64,000 nt of DNA from Lentisphaerota bacterium (GCA_015061725.1 SUVX01000001.1:64940-128939), one strand, 5' to 3'; positions 19,632 through 29,476 are shown, counted from the stretch's first letter. Made by a program: numbers and translations. Notes: a model not told the origin generated them from the letters alone.

Positions 19632-21065
19632 TCACTGCACTTTAAAAACACTGTGCAGCGGTGTTTGAAATAACGGAAGCAAGGTCACCCCGAACCGTTC
19701 AGCAACGGTTCCGGGGTTTTCTTTTTTGTGGATAACAACCAGACTGCCTGCTGCAAGAGCTGCAACTTTTCCCCGGGGACCGTCAAACAGAAACTCACTG
19801 CGCTGTCCGTTGGCAAGGATATAATACATCGACGGCCAGGGATCAGCCAGAAAAGAAAAATAAACCGGAGGAAGAACACTGTTGCGCCCGTAGATTTTTT
19901 CAAGCTCCTGAGCTGTCTGCTGCGGAACATGATCTTTTCGCATATAGAAACCATAGAAGAAATCATCTCCGCTCCTGTTGCCGCAATATCCGGAAAGAAA
20001 TTCTTTCGTGCTTTCCTGCTTCAATACAAACGCTGACAACAGAACAACACAACCGAGAATCCCGAAAAGAATACGCGCCATCTGCTTTCTCTCTTGTCTG
20101 AAGGCTGAACAACAGCGTATTCCGTTGGCAACAATCAAACCAAGCAGCGGCAGCAGCGGAAAGAACACTCTCGGGAAAGGTGCTGTCGGCAATAAAATCA
20201 CGGCAGAAGCCGGCAAAAGCAAAATACCCATTCTTATAACAACGCTGTAATTACAGCGCCGTATCAATGCCGCAAACCACACAATCCAGAGAACACCGAA
20301 TACACATCCGGCAGTAACGCTCCAGGCAAGCAGAACGGCTTTACCATCCTGCCACCCCTCCCCCAGACGGCATACGCCGAGAAAGGATTTCAAAATCGGC
20401 AGATAAAAGACAGCAAGTGCGGCAAAAGGGGTCAAACAAAGTAACCAGAAACGTTTTTTACTCCAGAAGGATTTACCGGCAAGCGGCAGAGCATACAGCA
20501 CACAGCCGCCCAGCGCAAGAAGATTGCTGGGAATCGTTCCGACCGCAAGCAGACAGGAAACAGCATATTTTCCCCAAGTAAAAAAATCGGCTTTCCTCTG
20601 AAAATCGACGGCAAATTTAACAGCAAGAGCTGTAAAAAAGGCACTTGCCATGTAACCGCGCAACGCTGTTGCATAAATCAGAAACGGCGGAGAAAGAGCC
20701 AATGCACTCAACGCCAGCAACAGCGGATATCTGCCGCACGTTCTGCGGAAAGAAACATAGAGTACCAGCAAGGTTCCTGTGGCAAAAAGCAGAGAAAGCA
20801 AACGTAAAAAGAAATCCGCCCTGAAAAAATCAACAGGCAGCTGCGCCCAATAATGTAAGGCTATCGTGTAAAAAATCTGATTATTGGGAATAACATAACT
20901 GAAATAAATCCTGACCGGATCAGGCATCCAGGCAAAGTTCATCAAAGTCAATGCTTCATCAAACCAGAATTCCCGCAGAAGATACGGATGAGCAAAAAAA
21001 AGGAAAGCTGCAAACGCACCGATTTCCGGCAGATAACTGCGCGTCTTACCGTCTCGTATCTTCAT
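19632..21065 (-). CDS. polytopic membrane glycosyltransferase, GT39/ArnT(PMT_2)-like
   Basis: 477 aa, about 11 TM segments. First-loop FWFDEALT (DE motif). The stop abuts the convergent stop at 19631. Confidence 0.55.
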   Translation of the reverse strand: MKIRDGKTRSYLPEIGAFAAFLFFAHPYLLREFWFDEALTLMNFAWMPDPVRIYFSYVIPNNQIFYTIALHYWAQLPVDFFRADFFLRLLSLLFATGTLLVLYVSFRRTCGRYPLLLALSALALSPPFLIYATALRGYMASAFFTALAVKFAVDFQRKADFFTWGKYAVSCLLAVGTIPSNLLALGGCVLYALPLAGKSFWSKKRFWLLCLTPFAALAVFYLPILKSFLGVCRLGEGWQDGKAVLLAWSVTAGCVFGVLWIVWFAALIRRCNYSVVIRMGILLLPASAVILLPTAPFPRVFFPLLPLLGLIVANGIRCCSAFRQERKQMARILFGILGCVVLLSAFVLKQESTKEFLSGYCGNRSGDDFFYGFYMRKDHVPQQTAQELEKIYGRNSVLPPVYFSFLADPWPSMYYILANGQRSEFLFDGPRGKVAALAAGSLVVIHKKENPGTVAERFGVTLLPLFQTPLHSVFKVQ

Positions 21066-21095
21066 AAGTTACCTCTTGTAAAACTCCGTCAACAT

Positions 21096-21126
21096 AAAAA
21101 AAGCCGGAGGAAAAATCTCCTCCGGC
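21096..21126 (-). terminator. rho-independent terminator of the ferredoxin gene
   Basis: Minus strand reads GCCGGAGGA-gatttt-TCCTCCGGC followed by T7, 25 nt after the stop at 21152. Confidence 0.8.
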
Positions 21127-21151
21127 AAAATCAATGATGTAAAAACATCAA

Positions 21152-21319
21152 TTAGAGCGAAATCGCTTCAGCGGGGCATTCGCCAACGCAGGCACCGCAT
21201 TCGATGCAATCATCGCCGACTTTGGCAACGCCGTCTTCGATGGTGATGGTGCTGACGGGGCAGGCACCGACGCAAGCTTCGCAACCCATGCATTTTTCTT
21301 TATCAACAGTAGCAGCCAT
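21152..21319 (-). CDS. small 2x[4Fe-4S] ferredoxin (55 aa, below the ORF-track cutoff)
   Basis: Hand translation gives MAATVDKEKCMGCEACVGACPVSTITIEDGVAKVGDDCIECGACVGECPAEAISL, with two CxxCxxCxxxCP motifs. AAGGAG Shine-Dalgarno 9 nt upstream. Confidence 0.85.
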   Translation of the reverse strand: MAATVDKEKCMGCEACVGACPVSTITIEDGVAKVGDDCIECGACVGECPAEAISL

Positions 21320-21369
21320 TTTTCTTTCTCCTTCTCAAAGAATACCTGTAATTACAACACAAAAAAAAC

Positions 21370-21445
21370 TGGCATCTCCAATGGGATTCGAACCCATGTT
21401 ACCGGGATGAGAACCCGATGTCCTAGGCCTCTAGACGATGGAGAC
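21370..21445 (-). tRNA. tRNA-Glu (anticodon CUC), CCA encoded
   Basis: 76 nt: GTCTCCA TC GTCT AGAGGCCTA GGAC A TCGGG TTCTCAT CCCGG TAAC ATGGG TTCGAAT CCCAT TGGAGAT G CCA. The cloverleaf folds by hand (G1-U72 wobble). Close to the canonical bacterial tRNA-Glu layout. Confidence 0.9.
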
Positions 21446-21467
21446 ACTTTTCTTTGTACATGACTTT

Positions 21468-21495
21468 AATATAATACGATATTTCCAGTTGTCAA
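21468..21495 (-). promoter_or_regulatory. putative sigma70-type promoter for tRNA-Glu/ferredoxin
   Basis: Minus strand reads TTGACA-N16-TATATT, ending about 22 nt upstream of the tRNA 5' end. Confidence 0.45.
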
Positions 21496-21591
21496 GGGGA
21501 AAGTTTCAAGTTTCATGCAGAATTTCAAAACTTTTCACCTTTCTGGTGCCGTTTGCATCAAATTCAGAATAAAAGGTCTTCTCTCCTCATT

Positions 21592-23811
21592 TCAATCAAC
21601 GTCAAGTTGAATATCTCCGGATACATCTCTTATAACTTTGCCCGGCAGAATAATATCCGCCGAACATCCTGAGGGTATCTCCATCCGGCAGATGATTTTA
21701 TTTTCAGAACGCAACCATTGACTTGTGATTTTTCCGTAAAAAGATTTATAAGAAGCAGTTACCCGGTCAAGTTTTTTTACAAAACAGGGCTGTATGATAA
21801 ATTTACGGAATCCGGGCGTATCCGGCAGCGGACGAAGTCCGCCCGGATACTGATACATCCATGCGGAGATATCTCCGAACATGATATGGTTCAGAGAATC
21901 CTTGCCATTCCAATTTTCCCAAAGAGACGTTGCCCCTTTTCCGATCTGCCATCCCCAGCCGGGAAATTCCTTTTGAGTAATGATTTCAAATGCATCGTCG
22001 GCATATCCGTACTCTGCAAGAACCCGGGGAACGAATTTGGCGCCCAGTATACCGAATTCAGCTTTATGCTGTTCGGCACGCACCTGTTCAACCAGATACT
22101 TCACACTGTTCAAAGCTTTTTTTCCATCAATAATTTTGAAATACAATGCCGCCGCAGTTGCTGTCTGTGCACCATCGGCAAAAGAACCGTCAGCATTGGC
22201 AAATTTTTTCACAAAAGCCTGTCTGATGTTTTCTGCAAGTTTCTGATAACCGTAAGCATCCTCTTTTCTGCCGAGCAATTCCGCAAAAAACACCATGCGT
22301 CTGACATTCTGATAATAATATCCGCTTGAAGTAACTTCCACAGGTGTTATTGCCCGCCTGTCCCGGTGACACCAGTCGCCGAGTCCGAAATCAAGCAGAT
22401 AATCCTCTGCACGGCTTTCACAGTACTCCAGATAAAGTTTGAAGTTATCATAATATTTTTCAATCAAATCCATCTTGCCGTAAAAAAGATAAATCTGATA
22501 GGGATATTCAAAGAGAACTGTATCCCATGCCGGACCATTTCCCCAGTTGAATCCCCATCCGCCGGTGGGAGCGATTCCGGGAAGTTGTCCGTCAGGACGC
22601 TGCGTATCAACAACAATTTGCAGATAATGTGCAAATTGCTGCTCCATATCAAAGTTCCACAAACCGGTTTCAGCGGCAATTTGAGCATCGCCCGTCCACC
22701 CGTTCTTTTCACGGTGGGGACAGTCTGTGGGAATTCCGACATAATTGGAACGGAAACTTTGCAGCGTATTCCGCTGAAGTTTGTTCAACAGGGCATCAGA
22801 GGAATCAAACGTTCCGACAGTATCAAATGCCGTATGCACAAACTGCGCCCGGATATCCAGAAGTTCGGCGTTGTCATCAATCCACACCTGAGCATAACGG
22901 AAACCATGATAAGTAAATGACGGCTCGTAAATTTCTCCGTCCGGATCCCCCCTGAGGATATATTGATCGGTTTGAAAACAACCGAATGAACCGACGTTGA
23001 AATATTGGGAAATTTCCATTGTATTGATATTTTTGGAAACCGGATCGATCTTTTCGGAGTACATGATCCGCACTGTTGAGCCGGATTTCCCCCTGACTTT
23101 GATCCGGCACCAGCCTGAGAGGTTTGTACCGAAATCATAAACAGTTTCCCAGCCGGACATCTGAAAACTTTCAACGGGACGGTAACTTTCTGTAACTTTA
23201 CACGGTCTTTGCGTTTCAAGCGTTACTCTGCCCCCCGGAGGCGTACAGTACGACGCCCGTTTCCATGAAGAGTCATCCAAATCAGGTTCAGAAAATCCGG
23301 GGATTTCCAGACGGGCATCGTAATGCTGACCATGACGCAATTCATTGTATGTCACAGGACTGTCATGAACGCCCCAACTGTTATCACTTTTTGCAATAAC
23401 ATTGCCGTCAACGACGATATCGCACAACATTTTCGGATAATCCCGCCACGGTGCTTTATCAAAACTCCATTTGGCGACACGACAGTTGAATAAACCGTTT
23501 CCCAACAGAACTGCAACCGCATTTCTGCCCTGTTTAAGCAGATGAGAAACATCATATCTGATGAAACTTACATGGCGGTCAAATTGAGTGACGCCCGGAG
23601 CAAGCACCCTGTCATCAGCTTTTTTCCCGTTGACATAAAGTTCGTGCCATCCCAATCCGCACAGATAAATTTCTGCGTTCTGCGGCGTATCTGCACAAGT
23701 AAAAGTTTTGCGGAGATAAGGTGCGGGATAAACAACTTCCCCCGGAGCAACCATCACTTTCCCGGCACTGATCCAGCGTCCGGACCATCGGCGTTCAATA
23801 CTTTTATCCAT
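21592..23811 (-). CDS. alpha-L-rhamnosidase (GH78)
   Basis: About 740 aa with the GH78 layout. Blocks: RKTF...IYLCGLGWHELYVNGKK, the (alpha/alpha)6 region TDCPHREKNGWTGD, and GATSLWENW. The ORF-track start at 23898 overlaps the GH2 gene. I prefer the ATG at 23811 (GAGGAG Shine-Dalgarno). Confidence 0.85.
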   Translation of the reverse strand: MDKSIERRWSGRWISAGKVMVAPGEVVYPAPYLRKTFTCADTPQNAEIYLCGLGWHELYVNGKKADDRVLAPGVTQFDRHVSFIRYDVSHLLKQGRNAVAVLLGNGLFNCRVAKWSFDKAPWRDYPKMLCDIVVDGNVIAKSDNSWGVHDSPVTYNELRHGQHYDARLEIPGFSEPDLDDSSWKRASYCTPPGGRVTLETQRPCKVTESYRPVESFQMSGWETVYDFGTNLSGWCRIKVRGKSGSTVRIMYSEKIDPVSKNINTMEISQYFNVGSFGCFQTDQYILRGDPDGEIYEPSFTYHGFRYAQVWIDDNAELLDIRAQFVHTAFDTVGTFDSSDALLNKLQRNTLQSFRSNYVGIPTDCPHREKNGWTGDAQIAAETGLWNFDMEQQFAHYLQIVVDTQRPDGQLPGIAPTGGWGFNWGNGPAWDTVLFEYPYQIYLFYGKMDLIEKYYDNFKLYLEYCESRAEDYLLDFGLGDWCHRDRRAITPVEVTSSGYYYQNVRRMVFFAELLGRKEDAYGYQKLAENIRQAFVKKFANADGSFADGAQTATAAALYFKIIDGKKALNSVKYLVEQVRAEQHKAEFGILGAKFVPRVLAEYGYADDAFEIITQKEFPGWGWQIGKGATSLWENWNGKDSLNHIMFGDISAWMYQYPGGLRPLPDTPGFRKFIIQPCFVKKLDRVTASYKSFYGKITSQWLRSENKIICRMEIPSGCSADIILPGKVIRDVSGDIQLDVD

Positions 23812-23815
23812 AATA

Positions 23816-26263
23816 TTACTCCTCGTAAGATGCGCGCAAGTGCCGGATGACAAGTGCATTTTCAAGGTTCTCAACGGTAAACTCACCATCGGTTTCAATA
23901 GTAAGCGATCGAGGTTTTCCCGGAAGAAGCGTAAAACTGTTATCTGAAAACTTAGCCTTTATTCCCTTAAATTCTGCAAAAACGTAAAAAGCGGGCTTAT
24001 CTGAAGCAAGTTTCAGATACATTTTGCCATCTTCTCCCTGTGAGATTTCATGCTGAATCTGCACTTCCGGCAGCTGGTATTCTTTATATCGGGCAAGAAA
24101 ACACTCATTGGTACAACTGAAAGTACCGTTATCGAACTCAAGATAGAGAAAGTCCTCTGCAGGAGTGGATGTCAACTCTTCAAGCGGAAATGTCTCCAAT
24201 ACCGCCGCCGAATAGGGCGCAAGGTCAACGGCAATCTTTCTTTGAGAAACAAGTTCTCCGGTGACTTTATAAAGAGAGAGTGTGATGTTTCCGCAGACAG
24301 GCTCTCCTGAATCGCTGACAGCACGCACCTCAACCGTGTCCGGTGTCTTGCGGATCGCCGTTACAAGGACGGGCGCATAGAATCTTTTTGCATGATAGTG
24401 CAGCTGCTTCCAGTTGCCGAAATAGTCAATACTTGACCATGATGCCACGGGCCAGTTGTCATTGAGCTGCCAATAGATCGTTCCCATACAAATCGGCTTC
24501 AATGTGCGCCAGAATTCAACGCCGCTTTTCATCGCAACAGCCTGCTGAACCTGACTCAAATAAATAAAATCCTCAAAGGTTGCGGGAAAACGGAAGTAAC
24601 GGGTGAACATCTCTACGATTTTGGAGTTTCCCGCCGCATTGCGCTGATGGTGTTCCATCAACGGAGAGGTCACATTGCGCTGTTTGCCCTGCGTAAAAAA
24701 GTCCACAGTATTCTGTGCCGGAAATGCCTGAAAACCGAATTCAGAACAGAAACGCGGGGTAATGGCGTAATAAGCCTCCATATCTGCGCCGGAGTGCCAG
24801 ACTTTCCAATAGTGCATATCGCCCTGAGAATCGTCATCCCAGCCGCTGATATCCTCCTGACTGTTACAGGGACTCGTCGGCCAGAAAACGCGCGTGGGAT
24901 CAGCCATCTTTACGGCCTTGCCGACAGCCTGATTGAATCGGTCATAATTCAGGACCCAGGGCAGTTCTTTCTGTCCGATACACCTTAAAAATCCGCCGCA
25001 TTCGTTATCGCCGCACCAGAGGGCGATACAGGCATGGTCTCGCAGACGTTTGATCTGGTAATCAAGCTCAGCCGACACCAGAGCAAGGAAATCCTCTGTT
25101 GACGGATAATGCGCACAGGCAAACATACAATCATGCCAGAGCAGAATACCTTTTTCGTCGCACAAGGCATAAAAATCTTCGTTTTCATACAGCCCGCCGC
25201 CCCAGACCCGCAGCGTATTCATATTGGCGGCAATCACATCAGAAAGCAGTTTGCAGTAACGTTCCCGGGAATAAGTCTGCGGACGGGCATCCATGGGAAT
25301 CCAATCAGCACCTTTGGCAAAGACGGCGAGCCCGTTAACTTCAAAATAAAGGCAAACGCCATGTTCATCAGGCTGACTGACTGTTTTCAAATCGCGCAGA
25401 CCGATCTTTTTACAAACGGTGCAGGAATCAGCTTCAACTTTCAAATCATACAGCGGCTGATCACCGTAACCTGCGGGATACCACAACTTTGGATTTTTGA
25501 CTTCAAAGAACGTTTCAATTTTGTTTTCTCCCCGGCAGAGACAGACAGAGACTTTTTTCACAGTACCGTCGAAGGTGAAAACGACGTCCTGAATACCGTC
25601 AAAATCAGAATTGATTTCAGCCGTCACATTCAATACGCACAAACCGGGACTGTGTTTCTGCTCCGTATAAACGTGTTCTATTTGAACGCCGTTTGAACCG
25701 TAAAGTCCGATGTTGCCGTAAATGCCGCTGACGGGAATGCACGGTCCCCAATCCCAGCCGCCGTGACACTGAACCTTACGGACAAGGTTGAGATTGGGAA
25801 TTTTACGCCAATAATTTGTTTTACAGCCGAGTTTAAAAGAAAGTTTTTCCTCTTCAGCTTCTGCGTATTTTTCTACTGCGGAAATAATAACTTTGATACT
25901 GTTTTCACCCTCACGCAGAAAGGCTTTCACGTCCCGGCGGATACGCAGAAACATATTCCGGCTGCCAAGGACTTTTTTTCCGTTGATAAAAACTTCTCCG
26001 ACCGTATCCAGAGAATCGATTTCAAGCCAAATTCGTTCCTGTTTCAAAAAATTGTCATCCACCTCAAAGCTGCGGGACCATGTCCAGTTGTGATTTCTCA
26101 CCCACTGAATCTCTTTTTCATTGACTCCGATATAAGGATCCGGGACAATTCCAGCTTCAATCAACGCGGAACAGTTTTCTCCGGGAATTTGTGCCGGAAT
26201 GGGTGAAAAGTTTTCTTTATCGCAGGTCAGAGACCAGATACCTGCAAGGTCGATTTGTGACAT
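23816..26263 (-). CDS. GH2 glycoside hydrolase, beta-mannosidase-like
   Basis: 815 aa. GH2 sugar-binding N-domain, then the TIM-barrel blocks NMNTLRVWGGGLYE, ALWCGDNE and FCSEFGFQ (acid/base and nucleophile Glu context). Confidence 0.8.
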   Translation of the reverse strand: MSQIDLAGIWSLTCDKENFSPIPAQIPGENCSALIEAGIVPDPYIGVNEKEIQWVRNHNWTWSRSFEVDDNFLKQERIWLEIDSLDTVGEVFINGKKVLGSRNMFLRIRRDVKAFLREGENSIKVIISAVEKYAEAEEEKLSFKLGCKTNYWRKIPNLNLVRKVQCHGGWDWGPCIPVSGIYGNIGLYGSNGVQIEHVYTEQKHSPGLCVLNVTAEINSDFDGIQDVVFTFDGTVKKVSVCLCRGENKIETFFEVKNPKLWYPAGYGDQPLYDLKVEADSCTVCKKIGLRDLKTVSQPDEHGVCLYFEVNGLAVFAKGADWIPMDARPQTYSRERYCKLLSDVIAANMNTLRVWGGGLYENEDFYALCDEKGILLWHDCMFACAHYPSTEDFLALVSAELDYQIKRLRDHACIALWCGDNECGGFLRCIGQKELPWVLNYDRFNQAVGKAVKMADPTRVFWPTSPCNSQEDISGWDDDSQGDMHYWKVWHSGADMEAYYAITPRFCSEFGFQAFPAQNTVDFFTQGKQRNVTSPLMEHHQRNAAGNSKIVEMFTRYFRFPATFEDFIYLSQVQQAVAMKSGVEFWRTLKPICMGTIYWQLNDNWPVASWSSIDYFGNWKQLHYHAKRFYAPVLVTAIRKTPDTVEVRAVSDSGEPVCGNITLSLYKVTGELVSQRKIAVDLAPYSAAVLETFPLEELTSTPAEDFLYLEFDNGTFSCTNECFLARYKEYQLPEVQIQHEISQGEDGKMYLKLASDKPAFYVFAEFKGIKAKFSDNSFTLLPGKPRSLTIETDGEFTVENLENALVIRHLRASYEE

Positions 26264-26385
26264 AACTGAAAAACCTTTTTTTGTAGAAATACAAGTTCAT
26301 GTTAAATAATATAAGTGTTGTTTATCTAATTGCAAATACAGAAAAGTAAGTTTCATTTGTCAAGTAACAGTTTTTTATACCTCAG

Positions 26386-27303
26386 TTACTCAAACTTGAC
26401 TGAAACATTCTCCGGCAGATATTTCAACAGTACATCGGCTGTTTCTTTTAATCGGGCAATATCCGGAGAAGCCGTCTGCGGCAATGTATCATTCATACCC
26501 GCAACAGCATATTTATTTTTTGCCTTATCGTGATAAGCAAGCAGCTGAACCCTGCATAAAGAGTCGATTTGAGAAAGTAAAACACCCGAAGCTTCAATAT
26601 CCTCTGCAAAATCATTGAATCCCGGAATAATCGGCATACGGATTTCAATACCTGTTCCATAAGCACTGATTTTTTTCAGATTGTCATGGATTTGCAGATT
26701 GTCTTTTCCGGTATGCTCTCTGTGCCTTTTGACATCCATTCCTTTCAAGTCAAAAAGAACCAGATCTGTATAAGGAAGAATCTCTTTGAAATTTTCAAAA
26801 TCAACAGCTCCGCAGGTATCCAATGCAGTATGAATACCGTTTTCTTTCAGACGTTTGAATAATGTTGAAACAAATTCAGGATACAGCGCAGGCTCTCCTC
26901 CGGAAACTGTTACACCTCCCTCAGGAGTAAAAAAGTCCCGGTCACGAAGCACGCAACTTAAAACATCGTCAATAGACATCATTTTTCCGCAAAGTTCAAG
27001 CGCATCACTCAGACAGTTTTCAGCACATTTTCCACAGGAAAGACATTTTGCCCGTGCCAGGAGATGTTTTCCGTTGACATCAAAAGTATGTACATTCTGA
27101 GGGCAGAGTCTGACACACTCCCCGCAATTTGAACAGAGCATTTCATGATAAAGCAGCTGCGGATGGGCAGAAACAGATTCTGGATTATGACACCAGATAC
27201 AATGCAGCGGACAGCCTTTGACAAAAACGGTATCCCGGATCCCCGGACCGTCATGTATCGTCAGACGGCGGATTGAAACGATCGGTATTTGTAAATTTTT
27301 CAA
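26386..27303 (-). CDS. glycyl-radical enzyme activating enzyme (radical SAM)
   Basis: 305 aa. HDGPGIRDTVFVKGCPLHCIWCHNPE (CxxxCxxC) plus two ferredoxin-like clusters (CSNCGECVRLCP, CLSCGKCAENC). The start overlaps the GRE stop (ATGA). Confidence 0.9.
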   Translation of the reverse strand: MKNLQIPIVSIRRLTIHDGPGIRDTVFVKGCPLHCIWCHNPESVSAHPQLLYHEMLCSNCGECVRLCPQNVHTFDVNGKHLLARAKCLSCGKCAENCLSDALELCGKMMSIDDVLSCVLRDRDFFTPEGGVTVSGGEPALYPEFVSTLFKRLKENGIHTALDTCGAVDFENFKEILPYTDLVLFDLKGMDVKRHREHTGKDNLQIHDNLKKISAYGTGIEIRMPIIPGFNDFAEDIEASGVLLSQIDSLCRVQLLAYHDKAKNKYAVAGMNDTLPQTASPDIARLKETADVLLKYLPENVSVKFE

Positions 27304-29462
27304 TTTTCAGCTCCGTTTTCTGCTTCTGCAATAAATGTTTCCTGAATATGCGGTGCAAGATCAATGAACCGGACATTCCAACCGCAGAGACGGATTTGCA
27401 GATTGCTGTATTTCTGAGGGTTCTGCTGCGCTGCACGGAGTGTTTCCGGAGAAAGCATATTAAATTGAAGAAACAAGCCGCCGCGGGCAAAAAAGGTGCG
27501 GATCAAACGGACAATCAATTCAATTCCGGCTGTTCCTGTCACGGAATGCGGAGATAACATCAAATCCAGAACGGCTCCATCCGCAAAAAAAGAGTGATCC
27601 AATTTTGACACACTGTCAATCAATCCGGCAATGCCCTCTTTGTCGCAGGCTGTCGTGCTGCCGCTGTTGCGGGCAAGCGGATCACCGCTCCTTCTGCCGT
27701 CCGGGGTTGCCCCGGTTTCTCTGCCGAAAATATAACACCAGTCGATCGACCAGAGTCCCATTTGATAATGTCCGCCTTTGACATTTGGCGTACTTTTGAT
27801 TTGTTCTCCTGCTGAATGAGCAATGATCTCAGCAAGAGAATCAACCGATTCTCTGCCGTTTCCCCATTTGGGGACACGTTTGACGGCATAAAGACGCAGC
27901 TGCTCCTGATTCATCCAATTTTGATTCAATAATTCCCCTAATTCAGGGAATGAAATTTTATGTTCCGCAAAGACCAGCTGGCGGATCGCTTCCAGAGAAT
28001 CGGCAGCCGTTCCGAGTCCGGCACACATCACGCCGCTTGTCGCATAACGTGTGCCGTAACAGGAGACATCCAAATTCCGTTCCATGCAGTCATCCATTGT
28101 GCCGGAAAGTAACGGAGAAGGCTGCACGTCTTTCCAGTATTTTTCAAGAGCATCGGCTTTTGTCATAGCTTCAGCCAAATACTTTTTCTGCAGTGCAAGA
28201 TATTTTTGCAGAACATCTTCAAAACAAACAGGAGCAAATGTGTTATCATTGAACAACTCTTCAAACAATCCGGCAAAATTGAACAAAACGGTCATGGTAC
28301 AGGACAACTCCTTACCCATAATAACCGGTTCATAACACCCTACCGGCAAAAAATTGAAAAGATCAGCGGGAATTTTACCGTGACGCAGAAACATTTTTTC
28401 CGCCGCTTTTTCATTAGCAAACACCATTGACGTTTTGCCTTCCTGAATACACTCTGCGGCAAAACGCAGCATATTTTCCGGAGTTTCCGGGTTGACCCGC
28501 AGAGAAAACTTCGGATCTGTACGTCCGAGATCACGGAAAGCCTGCCATGCGATTTCTGTAAGTTCACAACATCCGTCTTTGATCCCCCCTCCTTCATCAG
28601 GAAGACCGCCGCCGAAACAGAACGGTGTGCCGTTATCCAATCCGCCGGACTGAACAAAAAAGCGTGAAAAATAAGCACAGATAAGTCCCCGGGCACTCTC
28701 TTGAGTCAACCGTGCAGCGGCAAGATCAGCTTCGTAAAACGGACGGAACATTCGGTCAAAGATTCCCATTGAACGAACCCATTCCCCCTCAATTTCCTGT
28801 ACTTCACGGTAAAGCAGAGATAACTCCAGAGCCTGATGTAAAGTTCCGGGCGCATGATCGGCAAGAAAGAAAAGCATTTCACTCAAATCATATCTGCCCT
28901 GTTTTTCAGCAAAAGAACCGTAACGCAATAGAAACTGCCTGAATGCCTCGTATACAATGCAAACGGATTCCGCAAAGGGCGACGGATTTTTTCTGAAATT
29001 ATCTTCAGCGCGTTTCAGGAGTCCCGGGACACCCAGAGTCAAAACATTATCCCAGTCCGGGGAAGTATGACTTAAATCCAAACGGCTGCGGTAAACCCCT
29101 GTTTTCACAGCCTCAGACGCGGATACAGTTTCTCCCAGAGAAAGTTTTGCATAAAACGCTTTGCGTTCCTGTTGAATGAGCAATATTTCACTTTTGGGAC
29201 CGGAACTTAAAGTCCGCCGTTCAACGACCGATGCAAACGGGTCAAAATCATTGACAGCGATCCGTACATTTTCCAGAAACGCAACAACCATCCGTGCACG
29301 GGTGATCGGGAACGGAATGCCCTCCCTTTCTCCGGCATCATAGACTTCCCGGATTTTCAAATTCAGTTTTTCAGGAGACAAACCATCACTTCCGGCAAAA
29401 ACAGCCGGATTGAAACTGGACTGCATCTTTTCCAGAAACAAAATCTGTTCAGGTGACAACAT
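27300..29462 (-). CDS. glycyl-radical enzyme, PFL2/eliminase class, substrate unknown
   Basis: 720 aa. Gly loop QIRLCGWNVRF (G694, nt 27381-27383). Cys loop LPVGCYEPV (C376/E378, nt 28329-28337). Also a GATPDGRRSGDPLARN block. Confidence 0.85.
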   Translation of the reverse strand: MLSPEQILFLEKMQSSFNPAVFAGSDGLSPEKLNLKIREVYDAGEREGIPFPITRARMVVAFLENVRIAVNDFDPFASVVERRTLSSGPKSEILLIQQERKAFYAKLSLGETVSASEAVKTGVYRSRLDLSHTSPDWDNVLTLGVPGLLKRAEDNFRKNPSPFAESVCIVYEAFRQFLLRYGSFAEKQGRYDLSEMLFFLADHAPGTLHQALELSLLYREVQEIEGEWVRSMGIFDRMFRPFYEADLAAARLTQESARGLICAYFSRFFVQSGGLDNGTPFCFGGGLPDEGGGIKDGCCELTEIAWQAFRDLGRTDPKFSLRVNPETPENMLRFAAECIQEGKTSMVFANEKAAEKMFLRHGKIPADLFNFLPVGCYEPVIMGKELSCTMTVLFNFAGLFEELFNDNTFAPVCFEDVLQKYLALQKKYLAEAMTKADALEKYWKDVQPSPLLSGTMDDCMERNLDVSCYGTRYATSGVMCAGLGTAADSLEAIRQLVFAEHKISFPELGELLNQNWMNQEQLRLYAVKRVPKWGNGRESVDSLAEIIAHSAGEQIKSTPNVKGGHYQMGLWSIDWCYIFGRETGATPDGRRSGDPLARNSGSTTACDKEGIAGLIDSVSKLDHSFFADGAVLDLMLSPHSVTGTAGIELIVRLIRTFFARGGLFLQFNMLSPETLRAAQQNPQKYSNLQIRLCGWNVRFIDLAPHIQETFIAEAENGAEN

Positions 29463-29476
29463 TTTATAAAACCATT

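Noticed and set aside
21204-21410. 68-aa plus-strand ORF from the track
   Set aside because: It is antisense to both the ferredoxin CDS and the tRNA-Glu gene, which explain this region fully.
23812-23898. 29-codon 5' extension of the GH78 ORF
   Set aside because: It would overlap the 3' end of the GH2 gene by 83 nt. The internal ATG at 23811 has a GAGGAG Shine-Dalgarno and leaves a 4-nt gap.
26386-29462. Annotating the GRE pair as pyruvate formate-lyase pflB/pflA
   Set aside because: The Cys loop has a single Cys followed by xE (GCYE) rather than the adjacent Cys-Cys of PFL. As I recall, 720 aa is also shorter than typical PFL (not checked here). The genomic context is glycan degradation rather than central fermentation.
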